From Anaerolineae bacterium (GTDB lineage: Bacteria; Chloroflexota; Anaerolineae; S140-20), in NCBI GenBank assembly GCA_027021705.1, contig JALUTT010000170.1, forward strand, positions 2,429-66,428: DNA of 64,000 bases. The letters are read 5' to 3'. Positions 1 to 9,900 of this stretch are shown piece after piece. Made by a program: the position numbers and the translations under genes. Within the stretch, counting starts at the first letter, position 1. Each line of letters starts with the position of its first letter. Below the pieces are notes generated by a model that was not told where the DNA came from, made no database searches, and saw nothing but the letters and a program-made list of their open reading frames with translations.

Positions 1-228
1 AGCCGGGTCTTCTAGCAGGCGGGCCCAAGCTGTGATCCGTTGGGAGGGGACGAAGGGGACCAGGAGGGGTTGCAGCAGCCACAGTGCATGGGCTCCCAGG
101 AACCCCAGCCCTCGCCCCACCTCCCGCAGGAGAGGGAACATACTTCCCAGGCCAGCGCGGTGCAGCCGGGCCAGCCCTGAAGCAAGCTCACGTTCAGCCC
201 CCGCCAGGGGATCCCTTTTCCTTCCCAC
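1..228 (-). CDS. Hypothetical small protein, partial (runs off the window start)
   Basis: Manual translation from GTG at 228 gives MGRKRDPLAGAERELASGLARLHRAGLGSMFPLLREVGRGLGFLGAHALWLLQPLLVPFVPSQRITAWARLLEDPA, open to base 1. TGnTATACT lies just upstream. Not in the ORF track because no stop is in the window. Confidence 0.45.
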   Translation of the reverse strand, partial: MGRKRDPLAGAERELASGLARLHRAGLGSMFPLLREVGRGLGFLGAHALWLLQPLLVPFVPSQRITAWARLLEDPA

Positions 229-278
229 GATAGTATACCACAATCCGTCCCCATTCCCAATGGGGAAATCGGTCCTGG

Positions 279-396
279 GTATCTGTTCAGCCTACCCTCC
301 CACAGGTCACCGGTCGAGGGCGCTTTCAGCCCCGATGGGCTATTTGAAGCACGGTTTCGCGTCGGAAACGCGCCTAACCTGCGGGAGGGTGAACAC
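279..396 (+). mobile_element. MITE-like element, copy 1 of 4
   Basis: Near-identical to 29817-29936, 37731-37852 and 48626-48747. Flanked by the exact direct repeat GGTCCTGG (271-278 and 397-404). Internal inverted repeat ACCCTCCC(A/G)CAGGT...ACCTGCGGGAGGGT. Confidence 0.85.
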
Positions 397-612
397 GGTC
401 CTGGTAGAAATGTTGGCCCTCTACTGGGCCGTTCTGTGCTCAGTATAGCACGAATTGGCCGGGGAGTAAAGGGAGTTCGTGGACGACTGATTCCCTATCC
501 CCAAGATATGGGCAATCACCAAAGTGGGACGTGTTGCGCGTTGCATATTGTGCTCCACCGGCACAGCCCGGAAGCGCCGGTGCTGGGGCAGCCTTCGCCC
601 GGTTCCGCCGCT

Positions 613-1401
613 TCAAGAAGGTGCAAGCTCTCCGGCGTCTAGCCCGGCCAGGAAGTCGGCCACGGCCTGGGCGACGGCCTGAGGCTGTTCTAGCATCATC
701 ATATGTCCCCCACCTTCGATGGTCACCAGCCGGGCGTTGGGGATGTGGGCCTCCAGATAGCGGGCATATTTGAGCGGCGTTAGCCGGTCCGCCGTTCCTC
801 CCACGACCAGGGTGGGAGCCTGGATCTGGTCCAGCCGATCCATCACGTCGAAGGCGTTGCAAGCGGTGAAGTCCCCCAGGAGCACGGTGGGTGGGGTCTG
901 GGCGGTGATCTCGCCGCCCCGTTGAACCAGGGGCTTCGGCGCATCCGGGCTCCAAGCCATCCGGGTGATCAGGTCCACGGTGGCGAGGAAGTCGGTCTGG
1001 ATGCCCTCTAGGATGGCCGGGAGGACGCGCAGCCGGGCTCCTGTGCCGATCAGAACCAGGCCGGCTACCCTCTCAGGGCGGGTCAGAGCCAGGTGCAAGG
1101 CGATGGCCCCGCCCATCGAGTGACCGCCGATGACGGCCTGGGGCAGCGCGAGGGCGTCCAGCAGCGCTTCCAAGACCTCAGCGTAGCTGGCGATGGAACG
1201 CTCTCCTTCCCCCTCGGACCGCCCATGCCCCGGTAGGTCCAGCGCATAGACCGTCCTTCCGGGCAGACGACGGAGTTGGGCCGGCCAGTGGAGGTGGGAC
1301 CCGCCGGCACCGTGCACTAACATCAGAGGAGGATGGCCGGGTTCCCCCTCCTGGTGCAGGGCGTAGAACAGGGAACGACCATGGATGGTGGCGTAGGGCA
1401 T
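613..1401 (-). CDS. Alpha/beta fold hydrolase
   Basis: HGAGG oxyanion motif, DLPGHG, GHSMGG nucleophile elbow, D..TP and GGHM catalytic Asp/His; GGAGGGAG RBS upstream. Confidence 0.9.
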   Translation of the reverse strand: MPYATIHGRSLFYALHQEGEPGHPPLMLVHGAGGSHLHWPAQLRRLPGRTVYALDLPGHGRSEGEGERSIASYAEVLEALLDALALPQAVIGGHSMGGAIALHLALTRPERVAGLVLIGTGARLRVLPAILEGIQTDFLATVDLITRMAWSPDAPKPLVQRGGEITAQTPPTVLLGDFTACNAFDVMDRLDQIQAPTLVVGGTADRLTPLKYARYLEAHIPNARLVTIEGGGHMMMLEQPQAVAQAVADFLAGLDAGELAPS

Positions 1402-1624
1402 GCTCTCCCTCCAGGCTTCTCTGGGTTCCGGGCAGCCTCGGCCGCGTCGAATTTATTGTACTCCCGATTCGTGAACCCGTCAATTTTGAGCCGGCTGACC
1501 GGCCAATTGGCCGCCATTTGCCCTAAAGGGCCGACTATGCTAGAATTGACCTCGGTCCTGGGCATCAGGGCGATGGGGGCATGCCCCGAGGCTCAATTCC
1601 CTGTCAGGCAAGGAGGAGGTTGCT

Positions 1625-2110
1625 ATGGAGTTGCTCACGGTGAAGATCGAGAAGCCGGAGGCGATCAACCTCATCTTGGGCCAATCTCACTTCATCAAGA
1701 CGGTCGAGGACATCCACGAGGCCCTGGTGACGGCAGTGCCCGGCATCAAGTTCGGCCTGGCCTTCTGCGAGTCGTCGGGCGAGGCCCTGGTCCGATGGAC
1801 GGGCACCGATGAGGCGATGATCGAGCTGGCCAAGAAGAATGCCCTGGCCCTCTCGGCCGGCCATTGCTTCATCCTCTTCCTGGCGGAAGGCTTCTACCCC
1901 ATCAACGTCCTCAACGCCGTCAAGATGGTCCCCGAGGTCTGCCGCATCTTCTGCGCTACGGCAAACCCGGTCGAGGTGATCCTGGTCGAAACGGAGCAAG
2001 GGCGAGGTATCCTGGGCGTCATTGACGGGGTGAAGACCAAAGGCGTTGAGGACGAGGCGGGGATCGCCTGGCGCAAGGGATTCCTCCGCCAGATCGGGTA
2101 CAAGTTATGA
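1625..2110 (+). CDS. Adenosine-specific kinase family protein (DUF355/PF04008-like)
   Basis: ILGQSHFIKTVEDIHE, FGLAFCESSG, IFCATANP, GVIDG and FLRQIGYK are typical of the family; AGGAGG RBS; TGnTAGAAT near 1538-1546. Confidence 0.88.
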   Translation: MELLTVKIEKPEAINLILGQSHFIKTVEDIHEALVTAVPGIKFGLAFCESSGEALVRWTGTDEAMIELAKKNALALSAGHCFILFLAEGFYPINVLNAVKMVPEVCRIFCATANPVEVILVETEQGRGILGVIDGVKTKGVEDEAGIAWRKGFLRQIGYKL

Positions 2111-2673
2111 AGGGAGCCATAGATGCGCTCCTCTATCTCCTGCTCCAGGCCAACCGGCTAAAGGTAACCCCTCGAGGGGGCTGGGCGGTCCGGGGGCTGA
2201 CCGACGTGGAGAGCGTTGCCGATCACAGCTTCGGTGTCGCCTTCATCGCCCTGGTGCTGGCGGAGCTTCTGGGAGAGCCGGTGGATCGGGCCAAGCTGCT
2301 CACCATCGCGCTGCTGCACGACCTGCCGGAGAGCGTGCTCACCGACATCCCGACGCCGGCCCTGCGCTATTTCCCGCCGGGGGCCAAGCGGGAGGCGGAG
2401 ATGAGGGCCCTGGCCGAGGTGCTAGAGGGGGTTCCCTTCGCCGATCGTCTCCGTGCCTGGTGGCAGGAGTTCGAGGACCGGACCAGCGTCGAGGGTCGGC
2501 TGGTGCGTGACGCCGACCGGCTGGAACTGCTGCTCCAGACTTACGTCTACGAGCGTACCACGGCCAACCGCTATCTGGAGGAGTTTTGGGCTGGTCAGGA
2601 GGGCCGTCCTTTCGAGTTCCCCATCTCCCAACAGTTCTTTGAGCGGTTGCTGGCCCTGCGCCACGAGCGTTGA
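2107..2673 (+). CDS. HD-domain hydrolase (YfbR/HDDC2-like 5'-deoxynucleotidase)
   Basis: LKxTPRGGW, ESVADHS, LLHDLPE, DADRLE; ATGA overlap with the upstream gene. Confidence 0.85.
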   Translation: MKGAIDALLYLLLQANRLKVTPRGGWAVRGLTDVESVADHSFGVAFIALVLAELLGEPVDRAKLLTIALLHDLPESVLTDIPTPALRYFPPGAKREAEMRALAEVLEGVPFADRLRAWWQEFEDRTSVEGRLVRDADRLELLLQTYVYERTTANRYLEEFWAGQEGRPFEFPISQQFFERLLALRHER

Positions 2674-2692
2674 CCTGTAGCTCGCTTGCACG

Positions 2693-5600
2693 ATGCCACT
2701 TTCCAGGAGGATCCTGAACCGTATGCGTCGCTACCTCCCCCGGTCCTGGGAGGAGCAGCTACAGCCACCCCTGGACCAGGCGGTGCTCGTGCGCTGTCAG
2801 GCACACCTGAAGGCGTTGCTGGAGGTCGTGGTCACCTACCTGCCTCGGGGGCTGGTGCAGGCTCAGTTGGACCGACCAACGCCGGGGCGATCCCAAGGCC
2901 AGTTCCGCGAGGGCACCGTGATGTTCGCCGATGTCTCCGGCTTCACGGCGATGTCGGAGCGGTTCGCCCAGGCTGCCGATGCTCGGGCCGGTGCCGAGGA
3001 GATCACCGAGATCGTCAACCGCTACTTCGAGGCGATGATCGGCATCGCTCAAGCTTATGGCGGTGACCTGTTGAAGTTTGGCGGTGATGCGCTGTTGACC
3101 TTCTACACCGGCCCGGAGGCGGCTCTGCGGGCCTGCCAGGCGGCGCTGGCGATGCAGGAGACGATGGATCGCCAGTTCGCTCAGGTGGAGACCTCGCTGG
3201 GGCCCTTCCCGCTGCGGATGTCTATTGGCCTGGGCAGCGGCGAGGTCTTCCTGGCCAGCCTGGGCTCGGTGGAAGGGATGGAGTATGCCGTGATGGGGCC
3301 GGCCCTGGCCGCGATGGGGGAAGCGGAGAGCCTGGCCCAGGCAGGGATGGTGATCCTAGATCGGGCAACTTGGGAGGCGGCCGGCCCGGCCATCGAAGCC
3401 CACCCCACGGCGGCTCAGGGGTTCTACCACCTGCGGCGGATTCGACGTTCGGTACCCCCCCAGAGCTCCTCTCAGGTGACCCTCTTGCCCCCGCTGGACG
3501 ATCCGGCCAGGGCGATCCACTGGCTGGTGACCCGGCTGGACGCTCTGGCTCCCTACCTACCCGATGAACTCCTCCAGCGGATTCGCCCGGACCCCCGCCA
3601 CATCGAGCCTCTCGATGAGCGACGACCGGTCACCGTCCTCTTCGCCGATCTGCACGGGGTGGAGCGGACGGTTGAACGGATGGGCCGGGACCAGGCCAAC
3701 ATCCTGACCGATTACCTGGACACCTACTTCAATGAGTTGCGAGCCGTCGTCCGGCAGTACGGTGGCGTGGTCAACAAGATCGGCGCAGGACCGGTCGGTC
3801 CCCACCTGATGGCCCTCTTCGGTGCGCCCCGCGCCCATGAGGACGATCCGGAGCGGGCCGTCCGGACGGCGCTGGAGATGCAGGGAGTGGTCGCGACCCT
3901 GCGGGAGCGTTTCCCCGGACTGGCAGACCGGATGGGAGCCATCGGCATCAACAGCGGCAACGTCTTCGCCGCCAACGTCGGCTCTGCTACCCGCCGGGAA
4001 TACACAGTGATGGGCGACGAGGTGAACCTGGCCTTCCGACTGATGACGACCGGCCAGCCGGGGGAGGTCCTCGTCCGCCAGGAGACCACTGCCCAGGAGG
4101 TCCAGCATCGCTTCTTCCTGGAGCCGCTCCCTCCTGTCCGGGTCAAGGGCAAGGCCCAGCCCATCGCCATCTGCCGGGTGACTGGCCTGCGGGAAATTGC
4201 TCCCTTGAGCCGAGACCGGGGGGGGCCTCTGGTCGGTCGAGATGCTGAGATGGACCAGGCCCTCCAGATCGTTGAGAAGGCCCGTCAGGGGGAGGGGCAG
4301 GTCCTTACCATCACCGGTGGGGTGGGGATGGGCAAGTCCCGCTTCGCCGAGGCGGTTATCGCCCACTGCCAGGAGCGGGGGGTGACCGTTCTCTCCGGCA
4401 CTTGCCTCTCCTACGGCCGGGAGATCCCCTACCTACCCTGGGCGGCGATCCTGCGGCTCCTCTTCGGTTTGCGAGAGGGGGAGCCGCCGGAGGTGCGCCG
4501 TCGCAAGCTGTCCACGGCGCTGGCCTCCGCCCGTTTAGAAGAGTGGGGGGCGGTCATCGGAGAGGTGGTCGGTGTCTCCCTGCCGGAGAGTCCCCTGAGC
4601 GCTTCGCTGGACCCCCGGCTGCGTCAGCAACGCTTCTTCGACATCGCGTTGGAACTTCTGCGCCGGACCGCCAGCCGCCGACCCCTGGCCCTCCTGATCG
4701 AGGACGTCCAGTGGATAGACCCGGCCTCCCTGGCTCTGCTCAACTACGTGGCTCGCAACATCGCCCGGGACCCCATCCTGCTGCTCATCGCCCAACGCCC
4801 GGAAGGGGATCTGGACCGGGCCTGGACCCGGCTGCCGCACCATACGGAGATCGTCCTGGGCGAACTCTCCTTGCCGGCGATCTGGCAGTTGGTGGCTGCG
4901 CTGTTGGAGACCGACCGGGTGCCGCCGGCCATCGAGGAGGCGATGTGGGTGCTGGCCCTGGGGGAACGCCCAGCGCCCGATAGTACGCTGGATACCTCCG
5001 CTCTGATCTCCTACTGGGGCACTCCCTTCTTCACCGAGGAGCGGGTGCGGGCCCTCATCGAGGCGGGCATCTGGCAGCGGCGTCCCGACGGCCAGTGGGA
5101 AGTGGCGGTGGATGTGGAACGGGTGGAGTTCCCGGAGACCTTGCAGGGCATCATCCTCAGCCGCATTGACCGCCACCCGGAGCCGGAACGGCGCACGCTG
5201 CGAGTCGCCTCGGTCATCGGACGCATCTTCGCCTACTTGGTGCTGGAAAACGTCTACCCTTATGGAGACCAGAATGGGTCACTGAAGGAGCGGCTCGATC
5301 GCCTCATAGATTTGGGCATCACCCTGCTCTCGCCCGACGACCCGGCGCTGACCTACATCTTCCGCCACGCGCCGGTGCGGGACGTCGCCTACGAGAGCAT
5401 CCCTTCCCGCCATCGCCGCACCCTCCACCGGCTCATCGGGGATTTCCTGGAGGCCACGGGGGCAGGGGAGGAGCAGCCGGGGCTTCTGGCCTACCACTAC
5501 TATCAGGGATGGGATTGGGAGAAAGCGCTGAAGTACGCGCTAGAGGCTGGAAAGCTGGCCCAGCGGGAGTACGCCAACGACACGGCCATCGCTCATTACC

Positions 5601-6910
5601 GCCGGGCCCTGGAGATCGCCGATCGCCTGGAGGGAGACATCCGAGAGGAGCGGCTGATCGCCTGGGAAGGGCTGGGCGACGTGCTCTCCGTCGTGGGGGA
5701 ATACGAGGAAGCGCTCCGCTACTACACCGAGGCCAGGACGACGTTGGAGGCTGCTGAACCCTCGGTGGCCCGGGACCGCCGGCTGGCCGACCTCTACCGA
5801 AAGATCGCCAGCGTCTACACAGCGATCAGCGATTACGAGACCGCCTTCGCCTGGCTGGAAAAAGGGCTCCGCCTGCCGGGTCTGGAGGGCCAAGTGGAGC
5901 AAGCCCGGCTCTACTTGGCTGGGGCCGGGGCCTACCACTTGCAAGGCAAAAACGACCAGGCTTTCACCTGGTGCCAGCAGGCGCTCCAGGTGGCCAAGCC
6001 CCTGAAAGGAAAGGCCGCCCAGCGGGAGATGGCCCATGCCCTCTACCTGCTGGGGGCCATCTCCAACCGCCTGGGGGAGAACCAGCAGGCCATCGCCTAC
6101 TGCGAGCAGAGCCTGGCCCTCTACGAGGCGCTGGAGGATGCCAACGGGATGGCCCAGGCCCACATCAACCTGGCCAGCTCCTTGGTGGAGATGGGGATAT
6201 GGTCCCAGGCTGCCCACCACTATCGGGAGGCGTTGAAGATCAAGCAACGTATCGGCGATGCCTTTGGACAGGGGCTCATCGCCAACAACCTGGGGGAGAT
6301 CCACCGGCTGCAAGGAGACCTGGACCAGGCGGAACGTTTCTACCGACAGAGTCTGGAGACGTGGGAGCGGCTGGGCTCCACCTATGGCATTGCTTTCCTG
6401 CACAACAATCTAGGCGCGGTCTATCACCGGCGCGGTGAACCCGAGAAGGCCCTGGCCTACTTCCAGAAGAGCCTGCGCCTGGCCGAGGAGATCGGTTCCG
6501 AGGATTTCCTGGCCGAGCTCTGCCGCAACCTGGCCTTGGTCCACTTGGAGATGGGCGAGATGGACCGGGCCTGGGACTGCGTTCAACGTTCTCTGGCAGT
6601 GGCGACGGAGCAAGGGATGCGGACCGAGGAGGGAATCACCCGGCGGGTGCTGGGGCAGGTGCTCTGGACCCAGGGGAAGCGACGGGAAGCCCAGGAAGCC
6701 TTGGCCGAGAGTGCTCGCTTGCTGGAGGAAGCGGACAGCCAATACGAACTGGGGCAGACATTGCTAACCTGGGCACACCTTCTGGTCTCAGAAGGGTCAG
6801 AAGCCCAGGCGATCCCCCTGGCCCGCCGGGCCTATCGTCTGTTGGAGAAGGTCGGTGCCCGTCAGGAGGCCCAGGAGGCCCGAGAACTGGCAGAAGGAGC
6901 GAGGGGATGA
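2693..6910 (+). CDS. Tandem class III adenylate cyclase + P-loop (STAND/AAA) NTPase + TPR protein, soluble-AC-like
   Basis: C1 has FADVSGFT...KFGGDA; C2 has FADLHG...VNKIG...EYTVMGDEVNLAFRL. These are followed by LVGRDAE, Walker A GGVGMGKS, Walker B LLIEDVQWID and C-terminal TPRs (ANNLGEIH, HNNLGAVY). Confidence 0.9.
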   Translation: MPLSRRILNRMRRYLPRSWEEQLQPPLDQAVLVRCQAHLKALLEVVVTYLPRGLVQAQLDRPTPGRSQGQFREGTVMFADVSGFTAMSERFAQAADARAGAEEITEIVNRYFEAMIGIAQAYGGDLLKFGGDALLTFYTGPEAALRACQAALAMQETMDRQFAQVETSLGPFPLRMSIGLGSGEVFLASLGSVEGMEYAVMGPALAAMGEAESLAQAGMVILDRATWEAAGPAIEAHPTAAQGFYHLRRIRRSVPPQSSSQVTLLPPLDDPARAIHWLVTRLDALAPYLPDELLQRIRPDPRHIEPLDERRPVTVLFADLHGVERTVERMGRDQANILTDYLDTYFNELRAVVRQYGGVVNKIGAGPVGPHLMALFGAPRAHEDDPERAVRTALEMQGVVATLRERFPGLADRMGAIGINSGNVFAANVGSATRREYTVMGDEVNLAFRLMTTGQPGEVLVRQETTAQEVQHRFFLEPLPPVRVKGKAQPIAICRVTGLREIAPLSRDRGGPLVGRDAEMDQALQIVEKARQGEGQVLTITGGVGMGKSRFAEAVIAHCQERGVTVLSGTCLSYGREIPYLPWAAILRLLFGLREGEPPEVRRRKLSTALASARLEEWGAVIGEVVGVSLPESPLSASLDPRLRQQRFFDIALELLRRTASRRPLALLIEDVQWIDPASLALLNYVARNIARDPILLLIAQRPEGDLDRAWTRLPHHTEIVLGELSLPAIWQLVAALLETDRVPPAIEEAMWVLALGERPAPDSTLDTSALISYWGTPFFTEERVRALIEAGIWQRRPDGQWEVAVDVERVEFPETLQGIILSRIDRHPEPERRTLRVASVIGRIFAYLVLENVYPYGDQNGSLKERLDRLIDLGITLLSPDDPALTYIFRHAPVRDVAYESIPSRHRRTLHRLIGDFLEATGAGEEQPGLLAYHYYQGWDWEKALKYALEAGKLAQREYANDTAIAHYRRALEIADRLEGDIREERLIAWEGLGDVLSVVGEYEEALRYYTEARTTLEAAEPSVARDRRLADLYRKIASVYTAISDYETAFAWLEKGLRLPGLEGQVEQARLYLAGAGAYHLQGKNDQAFTWCQQALQVAKPLKGKAAQREMAHALYLLGAISNRLGENQQAIAYCEQSLALYEALEDANGMAQAHINLASSLVEMGIWSQAAHHYREALKIKQRIGDAFGQGLIANNLGEIHRLQGDLDQAERFYRQSLETWERLGSTYGIAFLHNNLGAVYHRRGEPEKALAYFQKSLRLAEEIGSEDFLAELCRNLALVHLEMGEMDRAWDCVQRSLAVATEQGMRTEEGITRRVLGQVLWTQGKRREAQEALAESARLLEEADSQYELGQTLLTWAHLLVSEGSEAQAIPLARRAYRLLEKVGARQEAQEARELAEGARG

Positions 6911-9900
6911 AAGCGAAAGTCGTGGTTCAGTGGAGTCTTCTCCTTATCGTGGGCATCGGGGTGACGGTCCTGTTGCTGGTAGGGATGCAGGCAACCCAGG
7001 CGGCAAGCCTCAATAGCGAGGGGGAAGGGCCGACGGTCCCCTCGCGCCAGGCGGTGACGTCGGGAAGAAGCCAGGTCCAGAGCACGGGAGGGCTGGGAGG
7101 GTATTTCGTGCGACCTGCGGGCAACGCTCTCTCCTGTTTTGCCCCCTTTGTCACCCAGGGCGGTGATTGGGAGACCGATCTGATCATCTACAACGGTATG
7201 GATGTGCGCCTTTCTTTCACCGTGACCCTGTATGATGAAAACGGATCTCCTCTACATTCCCTGGGAGATGTCCTCTCTGGACTGAGCAGCGTGGTCTATC
7301 CGTTGGAGACCTTTTCGGCCACCCTAGGTGTCCCCTTCACGGGGACGGCGAGGGTGGAGGGTGACCAGTCCTTGATGTGCGTCGTCCGGCTGCGTCGAGC
7401 CGACTTCACCCCTGGGGATACGTTGATGCTCTACCAGGGAAGCCCGCAGCCGCCGAGCAGCGTTGCTCTGCTGGCCCCTTTCCTCAACAAAGGACAAGAT
7501 GGCTGGCACAGCCGGCTCATTGTGATGAACACCGATGCCATCACAACGGCCGACGTCGTCGTGGATTTCCTCGACTCGGGAGGGAGTTCGGTTGCCCAGG
7601 AGTTCCTCTCTGTGCCCCCTTTGGGTGCTCGGATCCTGGACCTGGACAGCCTGCCCTCCTTACCGGTCGGCTTCCAGGGGGTGGCCTTCGTATCCTCGAT
7701 GCAGAGCCTTGTCACGGTGGTCGTGAACGAGCGGGATACGGGGGAGGCCGAGGCCCACGGAGGATCCGACTTCCTTTACGCCTGGGCTCCCCTGCTTGGC
7801 CTGGTGAAGGACGATGGCGGGGCATACAGCGAGTACTTCCTCTACAACGGGATCTCCAGGACATTGCTGGTCACAACAACCTTCTTGAACGCGGCTACCG
7901 GTAACAGGGATCAGGTCTTGACCCAGACGCTGGCCCCTTCTGCCACGCTCCCGCAGTCCCTGAACGCCGTCACCGGGCTTCCTGCCGGCTGGAAGGGTAC
8001 TGGGCTTTTCTCTTCCTCGTTCTCTGATTTCTTCCTCCTCACCGGCCTGCGCTACGAACCGACAGGTCTGGCCGCCGGCTACGGAGCAGCCCCGTCCAGT
8101 TGGGGGTCCGATTTCTATCCCGCCGCTGTACCGGCCCTGGTGCGGATGCCTGATACCGCTTCGGAGATCATCCTTTGGAATTCCGCTTCTGCAGCCAATC
8201 CGGTGACAGTGACTTTCTACGATCTAGGAGGGATGACGGTCCACGAAATCACAACGACGTTGGCCCCCAATGGCAGCCTCTCTCTGGACCTGCGTACGAT
8301 GGCGGAGTTGGGTTCCTTTTTCGAGGGTTCGGCCACCATTCAACCGGCTTACGATTTGTACGTCTTGGTCCTGGAACGGTATATCCCTTCTGATGTGTTC
8401 CAGGATGCCTACGAACCCAACGATACCTTTACGACAGCCTACACGATCTCGCTGGGTACCGACTACTACGCCCTGATTGGCCATTCGGAGGACGTGGACT
8501 GGTACGCGGTGGAGATCACCCGGCCCTCGGCCTTGAGCGTGACGCTAGACGAGTTGCCGGCCGATTACGATCTGGCCCTCTTCGCCGACCTCCGGACCGA
8601 CCCACCGGCCACCGATGCCAACACCTTGGGCGACCTGCAGGACTCCGTGGATGTGGACGCGACGGGCGTGATGCGGGCCATCGGGGTGATGCGGGCCATC
8701 GGGGTGATGCGAGCCATTGGGGTGATGCGAGCCATTGGGGTGATGCGAGCCATCGGCGCCGGTCCGGAGACGACGCCGGAGCAGGTCTCCACCCTGGTCT
8801 ACGAGCCGGGGCTCTACTACATCCTGGTCATCAACAACAACGGGGAATGGTCGGGGAAGCCCTATCACCTGCGGGCTCAGGCGGTGCCCTTGAGTCAGAC
8901 GCCGGGCTGCACCTGGGTCCCTACCTACACCCTAACGGCACCGATGACGCCCATCACCGGCACCTACGTGCCCATCTCCGGCCCCTTGACCCTCATCCTG
9001 GTCAACAAGACGCGACTGGATCAGACCTACGGGGTGACAGCAACGGCTCCCCTGAGCCAGGCCCTGAAGCAACTGGCCGACCATCCCTCGGTGCGGGGGC
9101 TAGTCATCCCTGTGGAGCAGGATTCCTGGGTTTCCACTGTCTACAGTGACTGGAATTTCAACTACTGCAGCGTCCAGAAGGCCAACGCCGTGGGCCGGGC
9201 GATCCGGGAGCAGATCATCAGTCCTACATTGGCCGCCTATCCCTCCATCCGCTATCTGGTCCTGGTTGGAGGGGATGAACAGATCCCCTTCTACCGGGTT
9301 CCTGACGAGGCGAAGATCGCCAACGAGCGGGAGTACCGGGACGCGGCCAAGGTCAAGGTAGGGGCGCTCTACGCGGCGCTGGATCAGGGCTTCTTCCTGA
9401 CCGACAACTTCTACGCCGTTCGGCCTGGCTACGAACTGGGCTGGCGGGGGCGCCGGCTGTGGGTGCCCAACCTCGACCTGTCGGTGGGGCGGTTGGTGGA
9501 GACCCCCCAGGAGATCCAGGCGGTCATCAACGCCTACCTGGCTTCCCCGGTGATCAGCGCCACGACCGCCTTGGCGACGGGCTACGACTTCCTGAACGAC
9601 AGCGCTCAGGCTATCAGCAGCACCTTCGGCTCGATGGGCCTCGCCACCCAAGCGTTGGTCGGCGACACTTGGACCCGTAGCGACCTTGTCCAGGCCTGGC
9701 CGGAACGGAGCGGGGGTGTGCCCGACCTGGCTTCCATCAATGCCCACTTCGAGCACTGGCGGAGCCAGCCGGCGGACTACCTGAGCGGGCTTTTCTACGC
9801 CTCCGACATCGCCACAGCCAGCAACCCCTTCAGCGGCACCCTGAGTTGGTCTATGGGCTGTCACGCCGGCCTCAACGTCCCGGATAGCAACAGCACGTTG

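Noticed and set aside
32..448. ORFs sharing the peptide SAYPP.GHRSRALSAPMGY (also the N-terminal extension 29726-29986, and 37521-37796, 48615-48953)
   Set aside because: These are translations through the non-coding MITE copies, not a protein family.
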